Assembly: GCA_964016885.1 (NCBI GenBank)
Contig: OZ024752.1
Span: 46,500,001-46,564,000, forward strand
Direction: 5' to 3'
DNA: 64,000 nucleotides
Source: Eledone cirrhosa
Lineage: Eukaryota
Made by a program: the position numbers and the translations under genes. The notes under the pieces are model-generated. The model was given only the letters and a program-made list of their open reading frames with translations, made no database searches and was not told the DNA's origin. Each line of letters starts with the position of its first letter. The first letter of the stretch is position 1. Shown one piece after another: positions 1 through 13,948 of the stretch.

Positions 1-1225
1 CACACTCTCACACGCATATACATACACACACGTTTATATACACGCACACAAATACATACATACACACATACATATACACACACACTCACTCACACATACA
101 TACATACATACAAACATACATACACATACATGCATATACATACACACATGCACACACACACACTCACACATGCATATATACACGCACATGCATATATATA
201 CACGCACATACATACACACACGCCATGGAGGAGGTAAACATTAGTTCCAGAGATTCTAAGGAGCGGAAGATAATGGTTTCTGATTTAGGCCCCAGGAAGG
301 TGTTCATTCCTACAACTTCAGTTACTCTTTTAATGCCAGGATCACCCTCCCTTCCGGTTCCAGGGGGCAGGGAGTTATCACTCCTGCTACCGTGTCCACT
401 CATTGTTATTTAACCCTAGGTCAAATCCCGCCGAGGTTAACTTTGCCTTTCATCATTACGGGGGGGGGGGTCGATAAAATAAAGTACCAGTAATGCACTG
501 GGTAATTGCTGGCCTTGTGCCAAAAGTAGAAACAGTTATTTAACCCTAGGTTCACCATCCCTCCTTCCCTCTGTAGTATTTTAAACCCTTGCTCCACTCT
601 TTATCACCCCTAATGTTTAAAACCCCAGGGCAATTCTAATGTCGTTAAGATTATTTGGGGGACAACTCAGCCAAAAGGAAAATAGAGTAGAGTAAAAATG
701 AAATAAAAATAAAACAAAGCAACAGTTTACTCTTTAATTTTTTTTTTATTTCATGATATTTTGAGGTTAAGAATCTTATTCAATGAGAAAGAAATGAAGC
801 ATTACTTGTCATCACCATCACGCATTTCAGTGTAAACTGTTTTGTTTTTTATTTTTATTTCTCTACTGCATTTATAACTTGTACTGTACCAGCTTTTCTA
901 ACACAATCTTAACCTCATATTTCACACCATTCCATATTAACTGTTGTTATTGTTTAAACCAAGATCAATAGTGTTATTGTTTAACCCAAGGCCAACTCTA
1001 ATCAGCTGACTCGTGTTGAAAAACATTTCAACAATAACCATCCTATTTAAGTGTATCTAGAAGTACCTTATCTAATGTGTCCTTCCTCTTTTTAAGATGG
1101 TAAGAAGTGTTATTTGAGAATTTAGCTGCTATTTCTAGCAAGTTGAACTATATAAATATAGTAAAATAAGAAATATTTAATATTTATTGATACATAGCAT
1201 ATATATTATATTATTTACAATTTGT

Positions 1226-1415
1226 GTGGATTGGCAGTATCGGTAGAGGGTCGGACACAATGTTTTGCAGCAAAGAGTTACGGCCCTTTATGGTCTGAGT
1301 TCAAATCCCGCCGAGGTTAACTTTGCCTTTCATCCTTACGGGGGTCGATAAAATAAAGTACCAGTAATACACTGGGGTAATTGCTGGCCTTGTGCCAAAA
1401 GTAGAAACAATTATT
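1226..1415 (+). mobile_element. tRNA-derived SINE with a Nin/Deu-like central domain (representative copy)
   Basis: A box tggcagtatcgg, B box gagttcaaatcc, core gccgaggttaactttgcctttcatcc...gataaaataaagtaccag; other copies near 420, 1565, 10695, 12203, 35035, 38630, 45645, 46832, 58615 and 63135. Confidence 0.8.
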
Positions 1416-2447
1416 TACAATTTGTGTGTAGGTAGGTCTCTGGAAATAGGGTTAGGGGCATTGAAGGTATTTCAGGGCTGTGAGCAGCACAGTGGCCCCA
1501 AAAGTTTGAAAACTTCTGATGTAGAGTATGTGTTGGGGGTGGTATTGTAATGTCCCCATTTTTATAATTGTTTCTACTTTTAGCACAAGGCCAGCAATAA
1601 CCCAGTGCATTACTGGTACTTTATTTTATCGACCCTGTAAGGATGAAATGCAAAGTTATCTTTATAATACTCTGGTGCTCCACATTGCTGGCCAGTAGTG
1701 TTAGTTCCATCATCAAACCTTGTTCTGCATGACTAACCATTAATGTCTAATTCCATCTTCATACCATGTTCCACATGGCTGACCAGAAATGTCTGTCACT
1801 CCCTCTCCCAGGCGTTGTTCTGCATGAATGACCAGTAAAATTGAGATGATACAAATGAGGGAACATTAGTTTTGTCTGTTAACACCTTAACATTCACATT
1901 GGACTCTAGTCTTGTCTCCCTCCCTGCTCCTGGACCACATACCTGCTCACTGCTAGTGGAGCTGTGGATTGGCAGAATCGGTAGAGCGTCGGACAGCATA
2001 CTTTATAGCATAGAGTTACGGCCCTTTATCTGCGTATGTGTGTACATTTGTATCTTAGAGGTCTGGAGATCAAATCCACAGCAGACCTGTGTCTCTTTAC
2101 AAACATTGAGCTACATATTTGTAAACCCTTTTTTCATGCCAATCCACCTTAAACCACTCAGTTTAAAGGGCTCCCATTAAAATATTCCAACACAATTTGT
2201 GGAACTAACTTTATATACATATATATATATGTGTGTGTGTGTATATATATATATATGTTATGTTTATCTTTGGTATTTGCTGGTTGTTGTTTCTCTTAAG
2301 TTGTGGAATTTCCATAAGAGTCACTAGTGTTCGTGGAAGGGTTGAGCTGGTGATCAACCACTATAGATATAGATATATATAATATATATATATATATAGA
2401 TATATATAATATATATATATATATATATAATATATATATATATATAG

Positions 2448-2482
<35 letters not shown>

Positions 2483-2519
2483 CTAGGGCGGGTACAATTT
2501 CCGAGATATATATATATAT

Positions 2520-3455
2520 GTTTGTGTGTGTGTGCATAATATAGATATGTGTGTATAATATAGATATATGTTTGTGTATGTGTGTATAATATAGATATGT
2601 TTGTGTATGTGTGTATAATATCGATATATGTTTGTGTATGTGTGTATAATATAGATATGTTTGTGTATGTGTGTATAATATAGATATGTTTGTGTATGTG
2701 TGTATAATATAGATATGTTTGTGTATGTGTGTATAATATAGATATGTTTGTGTATGTGTGTATAATATAGATATATGTTTGTGTATGTGTGTATAATATA
2801 GATATATGTTTGTGTATGTGTGTATAATATAGATATGTTTGTGTATGTGTGTATAATATAGATATGTTTGTGTATGTGTGTATAATATAGATATATGTTT
2901 GTGTATGTGTGTATAATATAGATATGTTTGTGTATGTGTGTATAATATAGATATGTTTGTGTATGTGTGTATAATATAGATATGTTTGTGTATGTGTGTA
3001 TAATATAGATATGTTTGTGTATGTGTGTATAATATAGATATGTTTGTGTATGTGTGTATAATATAGATATGTTTGTGTATGTGTGTATAATATAGATATG
3101 TTTGTGTATGTGTGTATAATATAGATATGTTTGTGTATGTGTGTATAATATAGATATATGTTTGTGTATGTGTGTATAATATAGATATATGTTTGTGTAT
3201 GTGTGTATAATATAGATATATGTTTGTGTATGTGTGTATAATATAGATATATGTTTGTGTATGTGTGTATAATATAGATAAATGTTTGTGTATGTGTGTA
3301 TAATATAGATAAATGTTTGTGTATGTGTGTATAATATAGATAAATGTTTGTGTATGTGTGTATAATATAGATAAATGTTTGTGTATGTGTGTATAATATA
3401 GATAAATGTTTGTGTATGTGTGTATAATATAGATATGTTTGTGTATGTGTGTATA
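2520..3455 (+). repeat. 27/29-bp microsatellite-derived tandem repeat
   Basis: Unit tgtttgtgtatgtgtgtataatatagata. Confidence 0.9.
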
Positions 3456-3713
3456 TATATATCCGGTGTGCTAAGGTGGGTAAATGAAGGGAAAATGGCC
3501 CGAGTGGTTGGGCCTTCTCTGTATATAAACCTGTAGGTTAAAGAAGAGAGTAAAGGGAAGACAGGAGCACTTGCACAACACGCTCCTGGAGTTGAGGGTT
3601 GTTCTATCTACGGGGGTATTAAACAACCCATTTGTGGCGCCTGCCCCCTATTGGGGGTTTCGATTGTTATAATTGTTTGTTTCAATATTTTTACACGAAT
3701 GTATGTAAAATCC

Positions 3714-3903
3714 CCGGCATGTCTTTGTATTGTCCCCTTTTCTTGTGCACCCTTGTGCCGGCATGTCTTTGTATTGACCCCTTTTCTTGTGCACCCTTGT
3801 GCCAGCATGTCTTTGTATTATCCCCTTTTCTTGTGCACCCTTGTGCCGGCATGTCTTTGTATTGTCCCCTTTTCTTGTGCACCCTTGTGGCTAATAAAGA
3901 AAT
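3714..3903 (+). repeat. 44-bp tandem (4 copies) at the 3' end of a retroelement-like sequence
   Basis: Ends cccttgtggctaataaagaaat, which recurs at about 60450. Confidence 0.7.
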
Positions 3904-3934
3904 ATATCTATATCTTAGATGGTGAGCATTACCT

Positions 3935-4800
3935 TCACCAACACCCCACACCACCACCACCACTATCACCACCACCACCACCACTACCACATCACCACCA
4001 CTACCACCACTATCATCAACACCACCAACACCACCTCCACCAACACCACCTCCACCAACACCACCACCAACACCACCACCACCACCAACACCACCACCAC
4101 CAACACCACCACCACCAACACCACCACCACCAACACCACCAACACCACCACCACCAACACCACCACCACCAACACCACCACCACCACCAACACCACCACC
4201 ACCACCACCACCACCACCACCACCAACACCACTACCACATCAACACCACTACCACCACTATCATCAACACCACCACCACCAACACCACCACCACCACCAC
4301 CAACACCACCTCCACCAACACCACCAACACCACCACCACCAACACCACCACCACCAACACCACCACCACCAACACCACCACCACCAACACCACCACCACC
4401 ACCACCACCACCACCACCACCAACACCACCACCACCACCACCACCAACACCACCACCACCAACACCACCACCACCAACACCACCACCACCAACACCACCA
4501 GCACCACCACCACCACCACCACCAACACCACCAACACCACTACCACATCAACACCACTACCACCACTATCATCACCACCAACACCACCACCACCACCACC
4601 ACCACCAACACCACCACCAACACCACCAACACCACCACCACTACCACATCAACACCACACCAGCACCACCATCACCGCCACTACCACATCACCAACACCA
4701 CCACCAACACCACCACCAACACCACCACTACCACACCAACACCACACCACCACCACCATCACCGCCACTACCACATCACCAACACCACCCCACCACTACT
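3935..4800 (+). repeat. (CCA/CAA)n trinucleotide tract
   Basis: Source of the poly-His/Thr/Pro ORFs. Confidence 0.95.
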
Positions 4801-5132
4801 GGTTGACATTTCTTACTCTCCTTACAATGACACACCCTCTCCTTCTATTTTTGATTTTCAACCTGATTATTTACCATCAGAACCACCCCAGCCTCGACAT
4901 TGTGTGTGTGTGTGTATTAGTATATATGTGTGTGTGTGTATTTCATTCTGTACTAGTGTGTGTGTGGGGGGTGCATTAGTATATTTGTGTATGTGTGTAT
5001 TTCATTCTGTACTAGTGTGTGTGTGTGTGTGTGTGTGTATTAGTATGTATGTGTGTATTTCATTCTGTACTATGTGTGTGTATTAGTATATATGTGTGTG
5101 TGTATGTATGTGTATATTTCATTCTGTACTAG

Positions 5133-5163
<31 letters not shown>

Positions 5164-5399
5164 GTGTATTTCATTCTGTACTAGTGTGTGTGTGTGGTGC
5201 TACAAATGTTAGTCTATTTTATTGCAAGGAGTTGTGCCTAAATCTACAGTTTATAGTAGACTGTCCCCCTCTAACAACGCCTGCTTTCTCTCTCATTTCT
5301 ACCCCCTACTACCCTCCCCACCCCCTACTACCCTCCCTACCCCCTTCCAAGCCCCGTTTTTCTGCTTTCTCTCCCAAACTTCCTTTCTTCTCTTTTTCT

Positions 5400-5532
5400 G
5401 TCTTCTGATGAAGGACTGTTGTCTGAAACATTGGCCCTTTTTTTTTTCTCCAAATATTCCAAATGTTGAATTGATGTCTATACTGACATTGTACAGTAGC
5501 CCTCTCCTGTGTTGTTGTTGTTGTTCCTTGTT
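5400..5532 (+). mobile_element. Decayed Penelope-like end with hammerhead core
   Basis: gtctt CTGATGA aggac-tgtt-gtct GAAA catt; pyrimidine-rich upstream sequence; microsatellite flanks. Confidence 0.45.
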
Positions 5533-5568
5533 GACTTCTCATATATTTGTGTATGTATGTATATGTAG

Positions 5569-5603
<35 letters not shown>

Positions 5604-5640
5604 ATGTGTGTGTGTGTGTGTATATTTGTGTATTTATGTA

Positions 5641-5672
<32 letters not shown>

Positions 5673-6644
5673 CACACTCTACTATATATACACTACTATA
5701 TATATACACTCTGTACTATATATATACACTCTACTATATATATACACTCTACACTCTACTATATATTAACTCTACTATATATACACTATGTACTATATAT
5801 ACACTGTATTATATACACTATATATTATATACACTATGTATTATATACACTATACTATATAGACTATATATGATATTGTCCAAGGGAAAGACAAAACTCT
5901 GATACAGTTTAACAGCAGAGATTGCAACTCATTTCTACACTTAAGTCAACTGGAGCAATGACCTGGAGAATAAAGTGTCTTGCTCAAGAACACAACACAC
6001 TACCCAGTCTGGGAATCAAACTGACAACCTTAGGTGTGTGTATCCAGCTCTCTAGCCACTAAGGACTCAATACTGGGCTGATAAAATCCATTGTACTTCT
6101 CCTGCCAAAATATGTGGCTTCTGTGTTTATATTAGAAATGTCTGAAGAATCAGTTAGGGCGATAGTATTCTGTTACATCCACTTACGACATTGTGAAGGG
6201 GACCTTCTGGGGTCAAATCCCACCAAGGCCACCCTCAGTTTATCCTTTCATCTTTCCAGTGAAGCAATCCGTATTGTTGTTGTGTAAGCACCCCCCCCCC
6301 CCCCACTCTCTCCCCTCTCTCTCTATATATACATATATATATATATATATAAACATATATATACATATGAACATATATATATATATACATATGAACATAT
6401 ATATATATATATATACATATGTTTATATGTTTATATGAACATTTATATATATACACATATATATATATATATATACATACATATAAACATATATAGATAT
6501 AAACATATACATATATAGATATAAACATATACATATATACATAAACATATATATATATACATATAAACATATATATAGATATACACATATACATATAAAC
6601 ATATAAACATATATATATGTATATTTGTATATATACATATAAAC

Positions 6645-6696
<52 letters not shown>

Positions 6697-7195
6697 CTAT
6701 CTATCCATCTATATATCTCTCAGCCCACCAAATATTTGACTTTGTGCCAATGTTTAGAAATCTATTGTTAGAAGTTCACCAAGTGGTAATAGTGTTAGGT
6801 TTTTTTCCCAACAACATGTCCATGCCTCATGTCCTATTTCACTATTTTTACAAATAGATTTTCCACAATCAGAGGTCCATGGGTTTGATTCCTAGGCTGG
6901 GTGATACAGGTTTAGTTCTGGAGCAAGACACATTATTTCATATTGCTCCAGTCCACTCAACTGAAGAAGAAAAAAAAGTGTACCAGGAGCAGCTGGGAGT
7001 TAAACCCATGTAATCGGTTGGTGTTGAGTCTAGAGAGAGGTCTTTCCATGAAGGACTGGCCCCCTTCATTATAATTAAAACAACTGAGGAATCACCTGTG
7101 AGATTCATCTTCATAAAAGTTTAGGATGTGTAAATTGGTTAAGGAGTTTCTTCCTTCATAGTCAATGTTGTGTGGTTAAGGAGTTCCTTCTCCGT

Positions 7196-7815
7196 CATGG
7201 AACAAACTCCCTGCATCTGTTGTTAGCTGTCGAGACACTGCATCCTTTAAAACCTCCATGGAACAAACTACCTGCATCTGTTGTTAGCTGTCGAGACACT
7301 ACATCCTTTCAAACCCCCATGGAACAAACTACCTGCATCAGTTGTTAGCTGTCGAGACACTACATCCTTTCAAACCCCCATGGAACAAACTACCTGCATC
7401 AGTTGTTAGATGTCGAGACACTGCATCCTTTAAAACCCCCATGGAACAAACTACCTGCATCAGTTGTTAGATGTCGAGACACTGCATCCTTTAAAACCCC
7501 CATGGAACAAACTACCTGCATCAGTTGTTAGATGTCGAGACACTGCATCCTTTCAAACCCCCATGGAACAAACTACCTGCAACAGTTGTTAGCTGTCAAG
7601 ACACTGCATCCTTTAAAACCTCCATGCTTCCTGAGATTCACCAACACTACACCTAATATTCCCCCTCCATACACACGCACACATGTATTCCATGACTCGT
7701 ACACTGTTCATTTTCCTGACATTTGTACATTATTCTATGTACTATACATGCACCTTTGATGAGTTGTAGTGCACCTGAGCACTGTACACAATAATTTCAT
7801 TATTATATCATTATT
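7196..7815 (+). mobile_element. CR1-type LINE 3' end with seven tandem 61-bp copies of the ORF2 C-terminal segment
   Basis: Unit encodes WNKLPASVVSCRDTASFK; 3' UTR ends gcactgtacacaataatttcattatta. Confidence 0.75.
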
Positions 7816-8071
7816 ATAGTCACTGTTGTGTGGTTAAGGAGTTTCTTCTCTGTCATAGGACTGGCACCAGAGAGGGCATCTGGCTGTAAAACATTGCCTC
7901 AAGATGAACCCCATGTTTAGGGAGCCCTCAATGCTACTCTTTGTTAAAACAGGGGGAAATGGTCTTTAAAATACACTTTAATATTAAAAAAAAAAACACT
8001 CAATTAAATACACTTAATTATATTATGCCGCATAAAATATAATAATTTTAAATCAAGAAATTAATCCCCCA

Positions 8072-8414
8072 CAGGGCTGGATTTATTGGGGGCGGTGGGG
8101 GTAAATGCCTTGGGCCCCGCCCCCACTCCAAACAGAGCCCCCACCCTCTCTCTCTCTCTTCCTACTTATGTGTGTGTGTGTATATATATATGTATGGGTG
8201 TGTGTGTGTAAAAGGTAAACAGAAATAACACAATCGGTACAGTATATGGAAGGGATATATTGGGTTAACGCTTGATTTAGCAGGAAGAGGGTCTTAACGT
8301 TTCGGACGATATTTATATATACACACACACATATTGGTATGTGTGTGTGTGGTTATGTGAGGGGCCCACAAAACCTGAACTACCTCAGGCCCCCAAGGTC
8401 TAAATCTGGTCCTG
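8072..8414. mobile_element. hAT-like MITE
   Basis: TIRs cagggctggattta / taaatctggtcctg; degenerate 8-bp flanks atccccca / atcactca. Confidence 0.55.
8211..8310 (-). mobile_element. 5'-truncated copy of the same Penelope-like end (retains gtccGAAAcgttaagac), nested in an hAT-like MITE
   Basis: Reverse complement aligns with 13822-13922. Confidence 0.6.
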
Positions 8415-10052
8415 ATCACTCATGTGAATTGCCATTTAATTTATTTAGATTACAGATTGTCTTTTACATAAAACATAACTGACTTCCTTAACGCCTGACA
8501 TCCTGTAATGACTTAGTAGAAAATATTTTAAAACAGGTTTGTTAATTCACCTGCTTAGAGTACCTTTATTTGTGGACAAATTACGAAACGTCTGCAGTAT
8601 TAGAGTGACAACTAGTTTTTAATGTGATGTAGTCATAGTGTTGTTTTGTACTCCACCAGAATGTTTTGAATACCTCTAAAACATTTTTGATACCAACTCA
8701 ACCAAAACCACCCTAGTTTTGTTTTTTTCTATGATACAGTCATTTAAAAATGTTCTTTCTATTAAAACCTTTCATAATAATTTTAACTTTTAACATCCTC
8801 TAACTGCATGAAACATTAGCAAAATATTTTTATCACTATGACTGTATCACAGTCATATCTAAGACTGCAAATGTTTACAATGATATGAACTATCCCTTTA
8901 GCATTTAAACCGGCTGTAACTGGCCGCTCATACTGATGTTAAGGTATTCTCAAAATGAATAGCAACAGCTCATAGATTCGATATTACGTGAGATAATTAT
9001 GTGAAATAAAGTGTTTACCATGAAAATATAATTGTAAATATAAAGTAATGTATGCTAAAGGGTTAACAAACCCATATTTTTTTTAAAAACATATTTTCTG
9101 CTAAATAGTTACAGGAACGTGCCCTCTTCCTCTTCACCCTTCCATTCTTCTGTAGCCCCAGAGCCCTTTCTTTTCCCCTTCTTTTTCCATGTTTAAATAT
9201 TTGTAGTGATTTTTGTAAATAAATTTTACTTCTTCAATGATTCAGCTTAACAAAAAACAGTTACAGGATGTTTAGTGTTAAGAAATTTTAACTAAATATC
9301 AGCTTACTAATGAAAAAGATTTTGGATTATTTTCAAAATATATCGAAACTTATTGGCTGTGTATTTCATTAGAAATACAGTAACAGAAAAGGTTAACAAC
9401 CTGTGGCATGGAACCATCAACATTTTGGCATAGATTACAGGTGGTCTACCTGTACCATGTTATATATCAATGGTATGTGTTGTATATACTCTAATGTATA
9501 TATATATATATATATATATAACATTAATAAAGATGCTGATGTTACAGAAATTGTTTATTCATTATAATTATTTCAAGGGTTCTCCCATGCAATGAATGTC
9601 GAGAGCTTTCTCCTGCTTGCACCTGTTTTTACCAAAACAATCTCTTCAGAACACACACATATATACCTGGGGGTTTAACCCTGCGATGTATTGGTGTCCT
9701 GTTCAGAGGAAGTCTTAACACTTCATTTCATGTTGCTCCAGTATACTCAGCTGAAAATGAGTACCAGTAATATCTGGGGGTTTAAGCCTACAATGGACTG
9801 ACGTCCTGTCCAGGGAGAAGTCGTATAATAGATAAGTTACAAGCTAGAAGTGCGTGTTTATCAAGTTAAACGTTTGGGAAGCCCCTGATCGAAAGATTGG
9901 TTAGTGTTAGTGGAGGTGACATGTTACTACAAAACCAGGTGTCACCCAATTTCTGAAGGGTAACAGCCCAGTTGTTGGTTGACATAGTAACTGGAATAGG
10001 TTTACACACAAGTCTTGGGTGGTGTGTGTGTGTGTTTTTTGTTACATTTATG

Positions 10053-10132
<80 letters not shown>

Positions 10133-10804
10133 CTATGTGTGTGTGTGTGTCTATATGTGTGTGTGTGTGTCTATATGTGTGTGTGTGTGTCTATATGTGT
10201 GTGTGTGTGTCTATATGTGTGTGTGTGTGTCTATATGTGTGTGTGTGTGTGTGTCTATATGTGTGTGTGTGTGTCTATATGTGTGTGTGTGTGTCTATAT
10301 GTGTGTGTGTGTGTCTATATGTGTGTGTGTGTGCGTGTGTCTATATGTGTGTGTGTGTGTGTGTGTGCGTGTGTCTATATGTGTGTGTGTGTGTGCGTGT
10401 GTCTATATGTGTGTGTGTGTGCGTGTGTCTATATGTGTGTGTGTGTGCGTGTGTCTATAAGTGTTTGGGGGGGGGGGTATGTATATACAAATACGGAAGG
10501 TGGGCGTAAAATTTTATATAAACACACGCACGCACGCACGCACGCGCGCGCATGTATATATGTATATAAGTTGCATGGGTGTGTGTGTGTATGTTGCGAG
10601 TATATATGTATTTTGTATGTGTTTGTTGTGCGTGTGTGTATACACGTGTGTATGTATGTGTGTGTGCTACACACACATATATACACATATATAAATAATT
10701 GTTTCTACTTTTGGCACAAGGCCAGCAATTATCTCAGTGTATTACTGGTACTTTATTTTATCGACCCCGTAAGGATGAAAGGCAAAGTTATATGTATATA
10801 CACA

Positions 10805-10838
<34 letters not shown>

Positions 10839-10878
10839 CATGTGTGTGTGTATATATATATATATTTATATATGTGTA

Positions 10879-10910
<32 letters not shown>

Positions 10911-10952
10911 CATGTGTGTGTGTGCGTGTATATATATATATATATATATACA

Positions 10953-10983
<31 letters not shown>

Positions 10984-10990
10984 TTATATA

Positions 10991-11021
<31 letters not shown>

Positions 11022-11032
11022 TTATATATATA

Positions 11033-11077
<45 letters not shown>

Positions 11078-11092
11078 ATATATTTATATATA

Positions 11093-11137
<45 letters not shown>

Positions 11138-11961
11138 GTGTGTGTGTGTGTATATATATATATTTATATATATATATGTGTATATATATATATATTTATA
11201 TATATATATATGTGTGTGTATAGTTTAGCTTACGAGAACATGGTGACGTCATTGTTGTTATGGAATGATGTCACTTTTCTCTCACATAACCTTCAACACA
11301 CATACATACACATATACACACACACTGTCACACATATACACACACACCACACATACACATACACCACACACTGTCACACAACCTGCGCTGTTCACTGTCA
11401 CACATACATACACACCACACACTGTCACACATACATACACACCACACACTGTCACACATACACACACTCACACAACCTCCGCCTTTCACTGTTACATACA
11501 CACACACCACACACAACCTCCGCCTTTCACTGTTACACACATACACACACACCACACACACACCACACATACACACACACCACACATACACACACACCAC
11601 ACATACACACACACCACACATACACACACATCACACATACACACACACCACACATACACCACACACCACACATACACACACACCACACACAACCTCTGCC
11701 TTTCACTGTTACACACATACACACACACCACACATACACACACACACACTACACACACACCACACATACACACACACACTACACACACACCACACATACA
11801 CCACACACCACACACAACCTCTGCCTTTCACTGTTACACACACATACATAGACTATCATAGAACCTCCAATTTTCAGTTACACACACACTCCTCTCTCTC
11901 TCTCTCTCTCTTTCTCTCTCCCCCTCTCTCCCCTTCTCTTGAAGTGTTTAAGTGAGTTGTA

Positions 11962-11997
<36 letters not shown>

Positions 11998-12380
11998 CAC
12001 TGTGTGTATATATATATTTGTCTGTGTAAGAGAGTGTGTATATGTGTGTGTATCTGTATATATATTTGTGTGTGTGTAGTTTGATTCTCTCTTGGTCTTA
12101 AACTTGTAACCACCCAATTTGCTGGGGCCATGCTGGGGCACTGGCATGATATATATTTATATAATGTGCGTGTGTGTATGTATATATATATATATATATA
12201 TATAATTGTTTCTACTTTTGGCACAAGGCCAGCAATTACCCAGTGCATTACTGGTACTTTATTTTATCGACCCCGTAAGGATGAAAAGCAAAGTCAACTT
12301 CGGCTGGATTTGAACTCAGATCGTAAAGGGACGTAACTATGCTGGAAAGCATGGCGTCCGACTCTCTACCGATACTGCCA

Positions 12381-12457
12381 AGGGTGGTAAGGAACCAGGT
12401 GGACTATAACGCACCAGAGTACTCGATACTTTGCCGTCGGGGTCCTGAACCTTTTCC
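12381..12457 (-). mobile_element. Family B remnant with almost the entire hairpin deleted, between two SINEs
   Basis: Tail joined directly to gccgtcggggtcctgaaccttttcc-(TA)n. Confidence 0.55.
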
Positions 12458-12469
12458 TATATATATATA

Positions 12470-12657
12470 TAATTGTTTCTACTATTGGCACAAGGCCAGC
12501 AATTATCCCAGTGCATTACTGGTACTTTATTTTATCGACCCCGTAAGGATGAAAGGCTAAGTTAACCTCGGCGGGATTTGAACTCAAAATGGCAAGGGCC
12601 GTAACTCTATGCGTCAAAGCATGGCGTCCGACCCTCTACCGATACTGCCAATCCACC
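12470..12657 (-). mobile_element. Same SINE, near full length
   Basis: Reverse complement of 1226-1415. Confidence 0.8.
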
Positions 12658-12785
12658 AGTATAGATCTCTGCTGTTGGATTTCAATCATTGCAGAACATA
12701 AATGGTTATACGTAAATATATATAAACTTCCCACTCATTTTCACACACACACTGACATCTATATATATATAAAAATGAAATGAAA

Positions 12786-12836
<51 letters not shown>

Positions 12837-12961
12837 TCATCATCATCATCATCACCGTTTTACGTCCGCTCTTCCACACTAGCATGGGTTAGACGGGTTG
12901 TCCTGTTGTGGGCAGTGTCTGGTCGGCTGACCATGCCTTGCTCATACAGGAACTGATTTGG

Positions 12962-13036
<75 letters not shown>

Positions 13037-13107
13037 ATACGTATGTCCCAAGGCTCTGATACCATCAACACTATAAACACAGAGCTGGCATATCTAAGAA
13101 CTGACTA

Positions 13108-13163
13108 ACTGCCTGATGAGGTCATAGCCATTCAATGGCTATCATCGAAATATATATAGCAGT
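13108..13163 (+). ncRNA. Minimal type I hammerhead motif, sense in the SIK intron, followed by AATAAA, in a (TA)n-flanked insert (about 13040-13200)
   Basis: actgc CTGATGA ggtcatagccat-tca-atggctatcatc GAAA tatata TA gcagt; palindromic stem III. Confidence 0.78.
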
Positions 13164-13214
13164 AAATAAAGGATTCATGCAATTGACTTATGTTTCGTCA
13201 CTATATATATATAC

Positions 13215-13245
<31 letters not shown>

Positions 13246-13625
13246 TAGAGAGAGAGAGAGAGAGATTAATGATGGTGTCACACATGTAATGTAACATAAA
13301 GTAACCTCTATGGAGTCACTCGATATACTAGAAATAGCAACCAATTTCTTAGAGTAAAGGACGTTCACTATCAAAATAGACAGGAGAGTCATGACTGGAG
13401 TGTCTTTCCTGGTGGTTATAGAGGGAAAGTGGACATTAAAACAATGATATATATATATATATGTGTGGTGTGTATGTATGTGTGTGTTGAGTAAATATGT
13501 ATTATATATGTGTATGTGTGGGTGTGTATGTATGTGTGGGTGTGTATGTATGTGTAGGTGTGTATGTGCATACGTATACAGGTTATAGCTGTAGTGCGAA
13601 ATACTTGATTCTTTCTTATCTTTGA

Positions 13626-13669
13626 CTCACTGAAGATGTCAGATAAATGTGTGACGAAAGAACTTTGAG
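13626..13669 (+). ncRNA. Minimal hammerhead-like motif
   Basis: ctca CTGAAGA t gtca-(10 nt)-tgac GAAA gaac TT tgag. Confidence 0.55.
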
Positions 13670-13799
13670 AAATCATATATATATCATCATCGTCATGGGT
13701 TAGACGGGAGTCGTCCCACTTGAGGCAATAAGAGATGTCTAAAGACATTTTTTTCCAATTCCAACCCGCCTGTCCCCTCAATCTATCTTATTTCTCATT

Positions 13800-13922
13800 C
13801 TTTCTTCTGATGAAAGACTAGCGTCCAAAACGTTAAGAGCCTCTTCCTGCTATGTCAAGCGTTAACCTAATATATTCCTTCCATATACTGTACCGATTGT
13901 GTTGTTATTTCTGTTTGCCTTT
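13800..13922 (+). mobile_element. Penelope-like 3' end with a mutated hammerhead (GAAA changed to AAAA), ending in (TA)n
   Basis: ttctt CTGATGA aagactagcgtcc AAAA cgTT aagag; homologous to 8211-8310 (-) and 5400-5532. Confidence 0.6.
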
Positions 13923-13948
13923 TATATATATATATATATATATATATA

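Noticed and set aside
3651-4979. 442-aa and 295-aa His/Thr/Pro-rich ORFs
   Set aside because: Translations of a (CCA)n tract and a 44-bp repeat; no domain or splice support.
9520-9655. Minus-strand CTGAAGA...GAAAGCTC candidate between TA tracts
   Set aside because: Stem I is plausible but stem II does not close; possibly a decayed relic, too weak to call.
10019-11851. 610-aa ORF and other CV/YI/HT-repeat ORFs (also 23128-23980 and 35625-36707)
   Set aside because: Dinucleotide microsatellites lacking stop codons.
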